Of a stretch of 64,000 nt of DNA, positions 1 through 11,755 are shown piece by piece. A program made the position numbers and the translations under genes. The stretch spans positions 16,430,001 to 16,494,000 of the forward strand of contig OZ024763.1 in assembly GCA_964016885.1 (NCBI GenBank). The letters are read 5' to 3'. The first letter of the stretch is position 1. Each line of letters opens with the position of its first letter. Origin of the DNA: Eledone cirrhosa. Taxonomy: Eukaryota. The notes under the pieces were generated by a model. That model saw only the letters and a list, made by a program, of their open reading frames with translations, did no database searches and was not told the DNA's origin.

Positions 1-3
1 ATG

Positions 4-34
<31 letters not shown>

Positions 35-41
35 GTATATG

Positions 42-72
<31 letters not shown>

Positions 73-79
73 GTATATG

Positions 80-110
<31 letters not shown>

Positions 111-193
111 GTATATATATGTATATATGTATATATGTATATATATGTATATATGTATATATGTATATATATATATATATGTATATATATATG

Positions 194-240
<47 letters not shown>

Positions 241-419
241 GTGTATATATGTATATATATATGTGTATATATGTATATATATATGTGTATATATGTATAT
301 ATATATGTATATATGTGTATATATGTATATATATATGTATATATATATGTATATGTATATATATATGTATATGTATATATGTATATATATATATCTATGT
401 ATATATATATATCTATGTG

Positions 420-484
<65 letters not shown>

Positions 485-863
485 GTATATATATATATGT
501 ATATATATGTATATAAATATGTATGTATATATATATATATATATGTGTATATATATGTATACATACATATATATATATATATATGTATGTATATATATGT
601 ATAGATATATATATATATATGTATGTATATATATATATATGTATATAAATATGTATGTATATATATGTATAGATATATATATGTATGTATGTATATATAT
701 ATGTATATATATATATATACATATTTGTATGTATATATATATATATATGTATATATATGTATGTATATGTATGTATGTATATGTATGTATGTATGTATAT
801 ATATGTATGTATGTATATATATGTATGTATGTATATATATGTATGTATGTATGTATGTATATG

Positions 864-902
<39 letters not shown>

Positions 903-922
903 GTATATATATGTATGTATGT

Positions 923-968
<46 letters not shown>

Positions 969-1087
969 ATATATATGTATGTATATATATATGTATGTAT
1001 ATATATATGTATGTATATATATATGTATGTATATATAGATATGTATGTATATATAGATATGTATGTATATATATATATATATGTATG

Positions 1088-1119
<32 letters not shown>

Positions 1120-1131
1120 CACACATATATA
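1..1131. repeat. (TA)n/(TATG)n microsatellite block
   Basis: Almost pure alternating TA with TG interruptions; ORFs here are Y/I/M/V/C artefacts. Confidence 0.98.
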
Positions 1132-1265
1132 ATAATCATGAGTTTTCATTTTTGTTTTATTTTAATTTTTTTCGATCTTTTTTTTATTTCTCTTGGTTCA
1201 TTTTAGTGTCTCATAGGTTACTTCAGTGTAAATGTCATATATTTGAATATATCTATATATATATA

Positions 1266-1391
1266 AATGAAGTAATTCCGTCGGAAAGGTCCAGGAAAAA
1301 AGAGTGCTCTATGTAGGTTACAGAGCTTTTGTTTGCTTTTAAGAAACCACTGGTAAATGACATAATTGCCTTATGTTGTTTATTACATAAC
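1266..1391. mobile_element. Family C Penelope-like terminal fragment (3' half of hammerhead)
   Basis: Matches 12563-12627 and 12819-12882; contains GAAA-CCACTGG-TA-AATGA at 1343; flanked by TA repeats. Confidence 0.6.
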
Positions 1392-1407
1392 TATATATAT
1401 ATCATAT

Positions 1408-1791
1408 ATCATCATCATCATTTTACGTCCGCTTTTTCCCTGCTTGCAAGGGTGGGACGGGAACTGATTCTGGCTTGATTTCTACAGCTGGATGCCCTTC
1501 CTAACACCAACCTCATTTACAGTGAGTGCTGGGTGCTTTTTTGCCATGGCGCCTATGCGTCCACTTTACAGTGAGTGCTGGGTGCTTTTTTGCCGTGGCA
1601 CCTCCACGACCACTTTGCAGTGGAATGATAGGGACCCCAGTCCCTATCATCTCATTTCTACAGCTGAGTAAACTGGAGCAATGTGAAATAAAGTGTCTTG
1701 CTCAAGGAGACAAAACATCACCTGGTCTGAGAATTGAACTCACAACCTTTCGATTGCAAGGCCAATGCTCTAACCACTGAGCCATGTGCCT

Positions 1792-1793
<2 letters not shown>
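1408..1793 (-). mobile_element. tRNA-derived CORE-like SINE with RTE-type tail (SINE family 1)
   Basis: Minus strand: box A TGGCTCAGTGG, box B GAGTTCAATTC, CORE-like CCTTGAGCAAGACACTT, tail GGGAAAAAGCGGACGTAAAA(TGA)n; near-identical to 47104-47445. Confidence 0.9.
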
Positions 1794-1832
<39 letters not shown>

Positions 1833-2030
1833 GTAGAACACTGGAAGGTAATATCCGTAGTGGTAGAGCACTCAGTCCAAGGGACGAGTTAGGTAGAAGT
1901 GGTTACACAACAGTTAGTTCACCATCCCGAGAACAATTGTTTCTTATCAACGATAACCACTTCTATTTATATATATATATAGTGTAACCACTTCTATATA
2001 TATATTTATATATATATATAGTGTAACCAC

Positions 2031-2079
<49 letters not shown>

Positions 2080-2211
2080 AAAGTTCTATTTAAAATTGTT
2101 GTGATACAACAAGTAAATATTTTTATAACTGATATAAAGCACTCGACAAGTATTTGGAGTAGATATATATACGATATTAATAAATGGAAACTATATTTAT
2201 AAAACCATATT

Positions 2212-2276
2212 TATTTCATTATACATATTTCAGGGATACCAAATTAAATTATGGTATGCCTTCATCAGACAAAATA
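2212..2276 (-). ncRNA. Type I minimal hammerhead ribozyme (family A)
   Basis: Reverse complement: tattttgt CTGATGA aggcatacca..tggtatccct GAAA tatgta TA atgaaata. Confidence 0.8.
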
Positions 2277-2427
2277 CAATATATACCAGTTTTACAAATA
2301 AGCTTTGACGTACCCTATTAAAATGCAACCATTATTTTTGGAACATACTATCCGGATGGCTTATAAAAATAATGGTTGCATTTTAATAGGGTACGTCAAA
2401 GCTTATTTGTAAAACTGTTATATATTG

Positions 2428-2493
2428 TATTTTGTCTGATGAAAGGCATACCATAATTTAATTTGGTATCCCTGAAATATGTATAATGAAATA
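2428..2493 (+). ncRNA. Type I minimal hammerhead ribozyme (family A)
   Basis: CTGATGA 2436, GAAA 2474, stem I tattttgt/atgaaata; one extra A after the core. Confidence 0.75.
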
Positions 2494-2532
2494 AATATGG
2501 TTTTATAAATATAGTTTCCATTTATTAATATC

Positions 2533-2566
<34 letters not shown>

Positions 2567-2814
2567 TAATATTTGATGAACATTTACATGTTATAGTTGC
2601 AATTGACTAATAAGATCGCTAGAGTGAAAAATCTTAATTCAACAACATAAGGTCTGCCTGTACGATCTAGAAAATAATAAATCAATACTCACAGACTCAT
2701 ATGGGCAAAAAGCCCATATACTGCTCAGAAGCGATTCCTAGAGCTGAAATGATTGTCAATGACCTCTCTGAGTCTAAACTCTAAGCTATTTATTTATATA
2801 TATATATATATATG

Positions 2815-3380
2815 TATTCTATTTTCTCCTAGTTTATTTTAATGACTATATCTGGGCGATTACGCTGTCGAAATATTCAATAAATATTCCGCTACGGCCG
2901 ATGCAAAGCGCTAGTTTTGGTTATTTGTCGGAGATTCCTTCATAGAAGCCTCATTCGTATAGCCTGGTCTATTCGATTTTTTATATAGTTAATTGGGAGA
3001 GGAAATAGTATATATTTTATCTTGTGATTCTATAGACATGTTTTATGATATATATATATATATATAAAATATGTCTTTAGAATCACTAGATATAATATAT
3101 ACCATTTCCTCTCCCAATTAGCAGAATTAAGCATATAGATACTCTATCGTAGCCACCGCGAAGGGGCTGCTTTCGGTTATTTGTCGGAGATTTCTTCATA
3201 GGAGCCTTTATTCTTATAGCTTGGTCTAATTGATTTTTTATATGGTTAATTATGCTAATTGGGAGAGGAAATGGTATATATTATATCTAGTGATTCTAAA
3301 GACATATTTTATGATATATAGCTCTGATTATTTAATTTATTAACTTTTCATTGAGCCACAACGTGACCCGTTGCAAAACA
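2815..3380. repeat. TA-embedded repeat family K: direct copies plus an inverted segment
   Basis: About 2915-3050 resembles 3172-3320; 3066-3120 is the inverse of 3256-3311. Confidence 0.65.
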
Positions 3381-3575
3381 CATATATATCTATGACTTTA
3401 TATATGTAAACCTTTATATATATATTGTTATACTTTGGGAGGGTCATGTTGCCAATAAGAAACACACGCACCAGTTGCTTTCACTTCAATTTATTATATA
3501 TTTATAAATTTACAAATTTATAAATTTATAAATTTCTGGTTGGTTGGTTCCACAACCAGATAGTTGTTTATATAT

Positions 3576-3620
3576 AGTCATAGTCCTTTCGTCACACACT
3601 CTGTGACCTCTTCAGTGACT
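3576..3620 (-). ncRNA. Type I hammerhead ribozyme (family B)
   Basis: agtca CTGAAGA g gtcaca gagtg tgtgac GAAA ggac TA tgact: 5-bp stem I and 6-bp stem II. Confidence 0.8.
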
Positions 3621-3832
3621 GGGTATTCCTTTCTTTGTTTCTGTGCCTCTCCTTTGTTCTGTCCTACGCCATTTTGTTTCTGTGTGTGTGTTGTGTGCTC
3701 AGTTTGCGCATGCGCCACATCCGGGTGTCTGTGTGTGTTTATGTTCATTTATCTATTTTTTTATTTATTTATTTATTTACATGTTATTGGTTGGTTGTTT
3801 GTTCTATGTGTGTGTGTGTTTTCATTTTGTCC

Positions 3833-3995
3833 TTAATTGTAAGTTGTGATGTTGCTGTTCCACTCATATTTTCTATTTAATTTTGGTTGTAATTCTTTTA
3901 TGTTTATTGCCTCTGTAATTTGTCTAAACATTGCATCTTTTCTGTGTGTAGATTCTATTTTTATTTCTATGTTCTCTAATTTACCCTTGTGTTCT
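3833..3995 (-). pseudogene. C-terminal fragment of Penelope-like GIY-YIG endonuclease
   Basis: EHKGK...DAMFRQITEAINIKELQPKLNRKYEW fits the R-x-x-x-E-A-x-x-I...P-x-L-N end of GIY-YIG domains; recognised by eye. Confidence 0.7.
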
Positions 3996-4341
3996 ATTGG
4001 CAACATGACCCTCCCAAAGTATAACAATATCGGTTTCAACACACGATTTCAGATAAAGAATCTTGCTAAACAAATTTATATATATATATATGTATATATA
4101 TTTGGTGGCTGCAAACTCTGCTGAGAGTACTGCAATCACTTAGTTTGGTGCACCTTTAGGCTTCAGCCAGCCACACGAACCTGTAACATATCTTGAACAA
4201 GCAATACCTGTGCTTTGAAGGGTTTTTTAAGTGTTGAAAAGCCTTGCACTCGCCCAACCCCAATTTCTGAGCATCAAAGACTTATTTCTCCTTCTTTTCC
4301 TCTTCTCACTCTCATCTATTTTTCCATACTTTTTTCTCCTA

Positions 4342-4377
4342 TCTTCTGATGAAGGACTAACATCTGAAACGTTAAGA
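4342..4377 (+). ncRNA. Minimal type I hammerhead ribozyme
   Basis: tctt CTGATGA aggactaacatct GAAA cgtt aaga; palindromic ACGT stem III; weak stem II. Confidence 0.6.
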
Positions 4378-4459
4378 CTCTTTTCCTACTATATCAAGCA
4401 TTAAACTAATATATTTCTTCATTGTACTGTGTCATTTGGTGTGTTATTTTTAGTTTGCT

Positions 4460-4527
<68 letters not shown>

Positions 4528-4759
4528 GTGTGTACACACACGCATTTAATTGAATTCTTTACCAGAATCTACATTATCTATATTTTTCCACACATTACCA
4601 CAAGACTACAGCACTGTATTATTATTGTTACTACTACTACTAATACTGTTGCTGCTACTACTAATACTACTACCACTACCACTACTACTACCACTATTAC
4701 CACCATCACCACCACCGCCACTACTATTACTACCACTACTATTACCACCACCACCACCG

Positions 4760-7249
4760 ATATGTAACACAAACTTTAAAAAACCCGACAACCACCTGAT
4801 CACCTATAGATCAGGGGAGCACTCTAGTCAGTTAGATTTTATCCTCATCAGAGGACGTGACAGATGGACGGTCGTAAACACAAAAGCCTTCCCTAGTGAG
4901 GAATGTACATCCCAACATAGCTTAGTTGTCAGCGACCTCACGGTCAGAACTAGACGAGCCCTGAAACAGAGGCCAACCTGGAGAAGAAAGATCTGGAAGC
5001 TGAAAGTCCCCTCAACCAGTAACAGATTTAAAGATATTTTACTCAACGCCTACGACAGTAAAGAAGAACAGATAGAGACATTTAACGTAGAAGAGAACTG
5101 GGAGTTCCTAAAAAATAACTTACTAGAGGCGACGGATGAGGTTTGTGGCTGGAGTAAGACCTCAAGCAGGAGGAGAGTGACTTGGTGGTGGAACAATAAG
5201 GTAGATGAAGCAGTCAAGGCCAAGAGACAGGCATGGAAAGAATGGGAGAACGGGGGGAGCAGGGTACATTACATAGAGACCAAGAGGGAAGCTAGGCGAC
5301 AAGTATACTTAGCTAGGAGGGAAGCAGAGGATAGAAAATTCAAGCATGTTTTACAACGTGAGGACCAGAAACAGGAGGTATTCAAGATTGCGAGGCAGTG
5401 TGTCAGAGATAGTTGTGATGTCATTGGAGAGAAGTGTATCCGGAATGATAAAGGTGAGCTTGCCCTCACAAGTGCTGAGAAGAAAGATGCATGGAAGAGT
5501 CATTATGATAGATTACTAAATGAGGAGAATGCATGGGAAGAAGAGACCCTACCCCACGTAGACCCTATAGAGGGACCAGCAGTACAAGTCAGCGGCAGCG
5601 TAGTAAGTAAGGCAATCAGAGATATGAAGATAGGGAAGGCAACCGGTCCATCGGGTATAGCTGCCGAGATGCTGAAGGCATCTGGGTCTGTAGGTCACAC
5701 TATAACCACACGTATCGTTAACCAGGTAATACTAGAGGGGGCCATACCAAAAGATTGGTGCAGTAGCATCATTGTCAACTGCTACAAAGGTAAAGGCGAT
5801 GCACTAGATAGAGGAAACTATAGAGGTATAAAGTTGATGGACCAGGTCATGAAAGTAACAGAAAGAGTTATAGCACAGCTGATTAGGGACCGGGTGAATA
5901 TAGACGAGATGCAATTTGGGTTTGTTCCAGGGAAAGGCACCACTGATGCGCTCTTCCTTGTGAGGCAATTACAGGAAAAGTACCTAGCTAAAAGTAAGCC
6001 ACTCTACTTGGCATTTGTCGACCTTGAGAAAGCCTTTGACAGAGTTCCACGTGCAGTAATCTGGTGGGCTCTTAGAAAACTAGGAGTAGATGAATGGCTT
6101 GTGAAAGCGGTACAAGCCATGTATAGGGGAGCAGTCAGCAAAGTTAGGATTGGCAATGAGTATAGCGAGGAATTTAGCGTACAGGTTGGGGTCCACCAGG
6201 GCTCTGTTCTTAGCCCTCTCCTGTTCATCATAGTCCTGCAGGCAATAACGGAGGAGTTTAAGACCGGATGCCCATGGGAACTCCTGTATGCTGATGACCT
6301 CGCACTCATAGCTGAATCTATGGTAGAACTAGAGAATAAATTCCAAACCTGGAAGCAGGGACTAGAGAGAAAGGGCCTCAAAGTCAACATGACAAAGACT
6401 AAGGTCCTTATAAGTAGACGAGAAAACAGAACCCAGATCCCCTCAGGGAAATGGCCTTGCTCAGTATGTAGGAAAGGTGTAGGTAGGAACTCCATTCTTT
6501 GCCCCAAATGCAAACAATGGGTACACAAGAGATGTAGCGGGATCTCAGGAAGCTTAATTAAGAATGTAGGATTCACATGCAGCAGCTGTGCTGAAACAGC
6601 AAGCAAACAGCCACAGGAAACAAGTACCACCAATCTCTGGGAGGGCCCTGTAGAAACAGTAGACAGCTTCTGCTACCTAGGTGACCGAATTAGCAACGGA
6701 GGTGGGTGCTCAGAAAGTACAATAACTAGGGTAAGAACGGGATGGAAGAAGTTTAGGGAACTACTACCACTGCTAGCTGCAAAAGGCTTCTCCCTCAGAA
6801 TGAAAGGCAGACTGTATGATGCGTGTATCCGAACAGCGATGTTGCATGGTAGTGAGACCTGGGCGCTGAAGGTGGAAGACTTACGTAGATTAGAGAGAAA
6901 CGAAGCCTGCATGCTCCGATGGATGTGTAACAGTAATATACGTGAACGACAAAGCATAAATGAATTGAGAGAGAGACTGAGCATAAGAGGAATCAAATGC
7001 TGCGTGCAGGAGAGGCGGTTACGCTGGTATGGACATGTGATGCGTATGAAGGATGACAGCTGCATAAAAAGGTGCAGAGCACTAGAAGTTGATGGAAACC
7101 GCGGAGTGGGGAGACCCAAGATGACTTGGGATGAGGTGATAAAAGCCGACCTTACCCAACTACACCTCTCAAAGTCAATGACACACGACCGTGACTTCTG
7201 GCGTCACGCAGTAATACAGGGTACCCGACCTCCCATGGGTACATGCTGA
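4760..7249 (+). CDS. RTE-clade LINE ORF, 5'-truncated (end of APE endonuclease, reverse transcriptase, PHD-like finger)
   Basis: TYRSG..SQLDFIL and SQHSLV (APE end); QFGF, AFVDLEKAFD, GVHQGSVLSP, YADD at 6287; F.YLG; RRLRWYGHV and RGVGRP. No stops over about 830 codons; the upstream part of the called ORF is microsatellite. Confidence 0.95.
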   Translation: MCNTNFKKPDNHLITYRSGEHSSQLDFILIRGRDRWTVVNTKAFPSEECTSQHSLVVSDLTVRTRRALKQRPTWRRKIWKLKVPSTSNRFKDILLNAYDSKEEQIETFNVEENWEFLKNNLLEATDEVCGWSKTSSRRRVTWWWNNKVDEAVKAKRQAWKEWENGGSRVHYIETKREARRQVYLARREAEDRKFKHVLQREDQKQEVFKIARQCVRDSCDVIGEKCIRNDKGELALTSAEKKDAWKSHYDRLLNEENAWEEETLPHVDPIEGPAVQVSGSVVSKAIRDMKIGKATGPSGIAAEMLKASGSVGHTITTRIVNQVILEGAIPKDWCSSIIVNCYKGKGDALDRGNYRGIKLMDQVMKVTERVIAQLIRDRVNIDEMQFGFVPGKGTTDALFLVRQLQEKYLAKSKPLYLAFVDLEKAFDRVPRAVIWWALRKLGVDEWLVKAVQAMYRGAVSKVRIGNEYSEEFSVQVGVHQGSVLSPLLFIIVLQAITEEFKTGCPWELLYADDLALIAESMVELENKFQTWKQGLERKGLKVNMTKTKVLISRRENRTQIPSGKWPCSVCRKGVGRNSILCPKCKQWVHKRCSGISGSLIKNVGFTCSSCAETASKQPQETSTTNLWEGPVETVDSFCYLGDRISNGGGCSESTITRVRTGWKKFRELLPLLAAKGFSLRMKGRLYDACIRTAMLHGSETWALKVEDLRRLERNEACMLRWMCNSNIRERQSINELRERLSIRGIKCCVQERRLRWYGHVMRMKDDSCIKRCRALEVDGNRGVGRPKMTWDEVIKADLTQLHLSKSMTHDRDFWRHAVIQGTRPPMGTC

Positions 7250-7545
7250 AGCATATAAACAATATGCCCCCCCCCCCCCACCGCAGGGTGGTCGTGGAGG
7301 TGCCACGGCAAAAAAGCACCCAGCCCACACTGTAAAGTGGACGTGTAGGCGCCACGAAAAAGCACCCAGCACTCACTGTAAATGAGGTTGGTGTTAGGAA
7401 GGGCATCCAGCTGTAGAAATCAAGCCAGATCAGTTCCTGTATGAGCAAGGCATGGTCAGCCGACCAGACACTGCCCACAACAGGACAACCCGTCTAACCC
7501 ATGCTAGCGTGGAAGAACGGACGTAAAACGGTGATGATGATGATC
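4760..7545 (+). mobile_element. RTE LINE copy (family RTE-1) inserted in an (ACY)n tract
   Basis: ORF plus 3' UTR ending CGGACGTAAAACGG(TGA)n; ACT/ACC repeats on both sides. Confidence 0.92.
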
Positions 7546-8940
7546 ACCACTACTACTATTACCATCACTACCACTACTATTACCACCACCATCACCACTA
7601 CTACTACTATTACCACCACCACTACTACTACCACTACTATTACCACCACCATCACCACTACTACTACTATTACCACCACCACCACCACTACCATTACCAC
7701 CACCACCACTATTACCACCACAACCACCACTACTATTACCACCACCACCACCACCACTACCACTACCACCACCACCACTACTACTACTACCACTACTACT
7801 ACCACTACTATTACCACCACCATCACCACTACTACTACTACCACTACTATTACTACCACCACCATCACCACTACTATTACTAGTACTACCACCACTACTA
7901 CTACCACTACTATTACTACCACCACCACCACCACCACCACTACTACAACCACTACCACTACCACCACCACCACTACTATTACTAGTACTACCACCACTAC
8001 TACTACCACTACTATTACTACCACCACCACCACCACCACCACTACTACAACCACTACCACTACCACCACCACCACTACTATTACTAGTACTACCACCTCT
8101 ACTACTACCACTACTATTACCACCACCACTACCACCACCACTACTATTACTACCCCCACCCCCACTACTACTACCACTACCACCACCACCACCACCACCA
8201 CCACTACTACTACCACTACTATTACCACCACCACTACCATCACCACTACTATTACTACCACCACCACCACCACCACCACTACTACAACCACTACCACTAC
8301 CACCACCACCACTACTATTACTAGTACTACCACCTCTACTACTACCACTACTATTACCACCACCACTACCACCACCACTACTATTACTACCCCCACCCCC
8401 ACTACTACTACCACTACCACCACCACCACCACCACCACCACTACTACTACCACTACTATTACCACCACCACTACCATCACCACTACTATTACTACCACCA
8501 CCATCACCACTACTACTACTACCACTACTACTACCACCACCATCACCACCACCACCACTATTACTACCACCACCATCACCACTACTACTACTACCACTAC
8601 TACTACCACCACCATCACCACTACTACTACTACCACTACTACTACCACCACCATCACCACTACTACTACTACCACTACTACTACCACCACCATCACCACT
8701 ACTACTACTACCACTACTACTACCACCACCATCACCACTACTACTACTACCACTACTACCACCACCACTACCACTACTATTACTACCACCACCATCACCA
8801 CTACTACTACCACTACTATTACCACCACCACTACCACCATCACCACTACTACTACTACCACTACTATTACCACCACCATCACCACTACCACCACCACCAC
8901 TACTATTACCACCACCATCACCACTACTACTACTACCATT
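7546..8940. repeat. (ACC/ACT/ATT)n trinucleotide tract
   Basis: Direct reading. Confidence 0.97.
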
Positions 8941-9099
8941 ATCTTTATCATGTTAAGAATTGTCTTCTGTCTCCAGACATTGACAACTCTGTCAATGTCT
9001 GCAGAGACAAATGAAATAAAATATTGTCAATTCATTGCAAGCCACATTCTGTCTCCCCCTCCCCACCCCTCCATCCCCTCAGATGTCTTCCTTTACTAT

Positions 9100-9281
9100 C
9101 CCTTTCTCTCTCTCTCTCTCTCTCCCTCTCTCTGTCTCTCCATTTCTCCCTTTTTTTCTCTCTCTCTCTCCCTCTTTTTTTCTCTCTCTCTCTCTGTTTC
9201 TCTCTCTCTCCATCTCTCTCTCTCTGTCTCTCCATCTCTCTCTCTCTCTGTCTCTCCATCTCTCTCTCTCTCTCTCTCTGT

Positions 9282-9322
<41 letters not shown>

Positions 9323-9450
9323 CATCTCTCTCTCTCTCTCTCCATCTCTCTCTTTCTTTCTCTCTCTCTCCGTCTCTTTCTCTCTCCACCTCCCCCTCTG
9401 TCTCTCTCCACCTCTCCCTCTGTCTCTCCATCTCTCTCTCTCTCTCTCTC

Positions 9451-9485
<35 letters not shown>

Positions 9486-9490
9486 ATATA

Positions 9491-9535
<45 letters not shown>

Positions 9536-9636
9536 ATATATCTATATCTATATATATATGTGTGTGTATATATATATATATCTATATATCTCTATATATA
9601 TATGTGTGTATATATATCTATATATCTATATATATA

Positions 9637-9666
<30 letters not shown>
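9100..9666. repeat. (CT)n followed by (TA/TG)n microsatellites
   Basis: Direct reading. Confidence 0.95.
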
Positions 9667-9667
<1 letters not shown>

Positions 9668-9805
9668 TTACATCTTTTTTACAAGAAGGTTAATTTCTGG
9701 AAACTTGATTATTTTTGTGACATTTAAAAGTACTGCAAAACAAGAAAAAGAAACCACATTACCATTTTGTTCCTTTATTTATATTTCTAAGTTACTCTCC
9801 TCACA

Positions 9806-9862
<57 letters not shown>

Positions 9863-10041
9863 AATATGATAATAATGGAGCTGCGGCGCTGCAAATGGGT
9901 TACATATGAAAAAGTTTGTCCTTCATCAGTGGCCTTCCAACCGTCGTAGGCATTTCGTCGCTTTAAAGGCCATATACCTCAGGTTGGTGCGAGCAACGGC
10001 TAAAAAAAGTCGTTGGGACACGTATATATATATATATATAT

Positions 10042-10114
<73 letters not shown>

Positions 10115-10146
10115 TATATATATATATACACTATATATATATATAT

Positions 10147-10541
10147 GCAAAAGTTTTATTTAAGATTGTTGGGTTACAACGAGTAAATATTTTATAACTG
10201 ATATAAAAGCACTCGACAGTTTCTGGAGTAGGTTTACGATATTAAACAAATGGAAACTATATTTATAAAACCATATTTATTTCGTTATATATATTTCTGG
10301 GATATCATATTAAAAATATGTTATTCCTTCCTCAGACAAAATACAATACATAAGCTACCAAATCAACTTTTTTAAAAGGAAGTTGCATTCTCAAAAGGTA
10401 TGTCACTAATTATTTATAAAACAGCTTATGTATTGTATTTTGTCTGAGGAAGGCATAACATATTTTTAATATGATATCCCAGAAATATATATAACGAAAT
10501 AAATATGGTTTTATAAATATAGTTTCCATTTGTTTAATATC

Positions 10542-10543
<2 letters not shown>
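10147..10543. mobile_element. Family A fold-back element with hammerheads at 10278-10343 (-) and 10436-10501 (+)
   Basis: tattttgt CTGAGGA aggcataacatatt..aatatgatatccca GAAA tatata TA acgaaata on the right arm, mirrored on the left. Confidence 0.8.
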
Positions 10544-10576
<33 letters not shown>

Positions 10577-10854
10577 CTTTTCCTGGGTCCTGTATTTTCG
10601 TTGCTCTAGTGATGCGGCTGGACTGCCGACCGCTATATCTGATTTGCTAAGCTGTCTGAATGTAATGTTATTACTCTGGGGTCTTTCCTCATCTGAGTGC
10701 TCAAGCTACAGACCGATTATGCATACGTTAGCTTGGCCGTATTCTAAAGCTTCGTCAATGCTGTACTAAAATTTATATATATATATATACTATATATATA
10801 TATATACTATATACTATATATATATATATACTATATATATATATATACTATATA

Positions 10855-11171
10855 TCATCATCATCATTTAATTTTTCCGTCTGCTTTTTCCCTGCTTGCA
10901 ATGGTGGGACAGGAACTGATTCTGGCTTGATTTCTACAGCTGGATGCCCTTCCTAACACCAACCTCATTTACAGTGAGTGGTGGGTGCTTTTTTTTTTGC
11001 AGTGGAATGATAGGGACCCCAGTCCTATCATCTCATTTCTACAGCTGAGTAAACTGGAGCAATGTGAAATAAAGTGTCTTGCTCAAGGAAACAACACATC
11101 ACCCGGTTTGAGAATTGAACTCACAACCTTTCGATTGCAAGCCCAATGCTCTAACCACTAAGCCATGTGCC
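10855..11171 (-). mobile_element. SINE family 1 copy (small internal deletion)
   Basis: Same head, CORE-like body and tail as 1408-1793. Confidence 0.9.
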
Positions 11172-11334
11172 TATATATATATATATACTATATATATATA
11201 TATGTGCCTATATATATATATACTATATATATATATACTATATATATATATATATATATCTCCGTTTTTTCTTTCTCTCCGTCTTTTTTCTAACTGTGCT
11301 TAACACTATAACTAATAAAATAATTATAAACATC

Positions 11335-11607
11335 TCACTATCCAGACAGCTTCCAAAAATAATGGTCGCATCTAATAGGGTACGTCAAAATTATTTATAA
11401 AACTGTTTATATATTATTTTGTCTGATGAAGGCATACCATATTTTAATTTGGTATCCCTGAAATATGTATAATGAAATAAATATGGTTTTATAAATATAG
11501 TTTCCATTTATTTAATATCGTATATCTACTCCAAAAACTTGTCGAGTGCTTTATATCAGTTATAAAATATTTACTTGTTGTATCCCAACAATTTTAAATA
11601 GAACTTT

Positions 11608-11610
<3 letters not shown>
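11335..11610 (+). mobile_element. Family A single arm with hammerhead at 11415-11479
   Basis: CTGATGA 11423, GAAA 11460; full tail ends AGAACTTTTGC(AT)n. Confidence 0.8.
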
Positions 11611-11672
<62 letters not shown>

Positions 11673-11708
11673 TACACAATAATCAAAACTATGTTCAAAT
11701 CATTTTAT

Positions 11709-11755
11709 TGCTGACAATCATTTCTTCCAAACTTTTGTTTGAAATCCTCGGAGCA
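11709..11755 (-). ncRNA. Hammerhead-like motif with CCGANGA core (family G)
   Basis: tgct CCGAGGA tttcaaac aaaa gtttggaa GAAA tgattg TC agca. Confidence 0.6.

Larger units (their letters stand above)
2077..2533. mobile_element. Family A fold-back Penelope-like element in (TA)n
   Basis: Inverted arms about 2170-2339 and 2365-2533, with an extra ~90 bp tail on the left arm; homologous to 10147-10543, 11335-11610 and 47668-48123. Confidence 0.8.
3424..4077 (-). mobile_element. Penelope-like element 3' fragment (family B): GIY-YIG C-terminus, hammerhead and inverted tail
   Basis: Inverted repeat 3424-3465/3988-4030; TA flanks; related pieces at 14905-15041, 57001-57222, 22772 and 61898. Confidence 0.75.

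Noticed and set aside
1829-2790. Half-hammerheads (GAAA-CAATTG-TT on minus near 1933-1944; GAAA-TGATTG-TC at 2746)
   Set aside because: No CUGANGA or stem I partner; likely truncated members of the same class, so not called as ribozymes.
4550-4759. N-terminal 70 codons of the 899-aa ORF, resembling a signal peptide
   Set aside because: The poly-Leu/Pro comes from the (CTA/CCA)n tract upstream of the truncated LINE.
9905-9970. Minus-strand CTGATGA with upstream GAAA (type II hammerhead?)
   Set aside because: Stems I-III could not be paired consistently.
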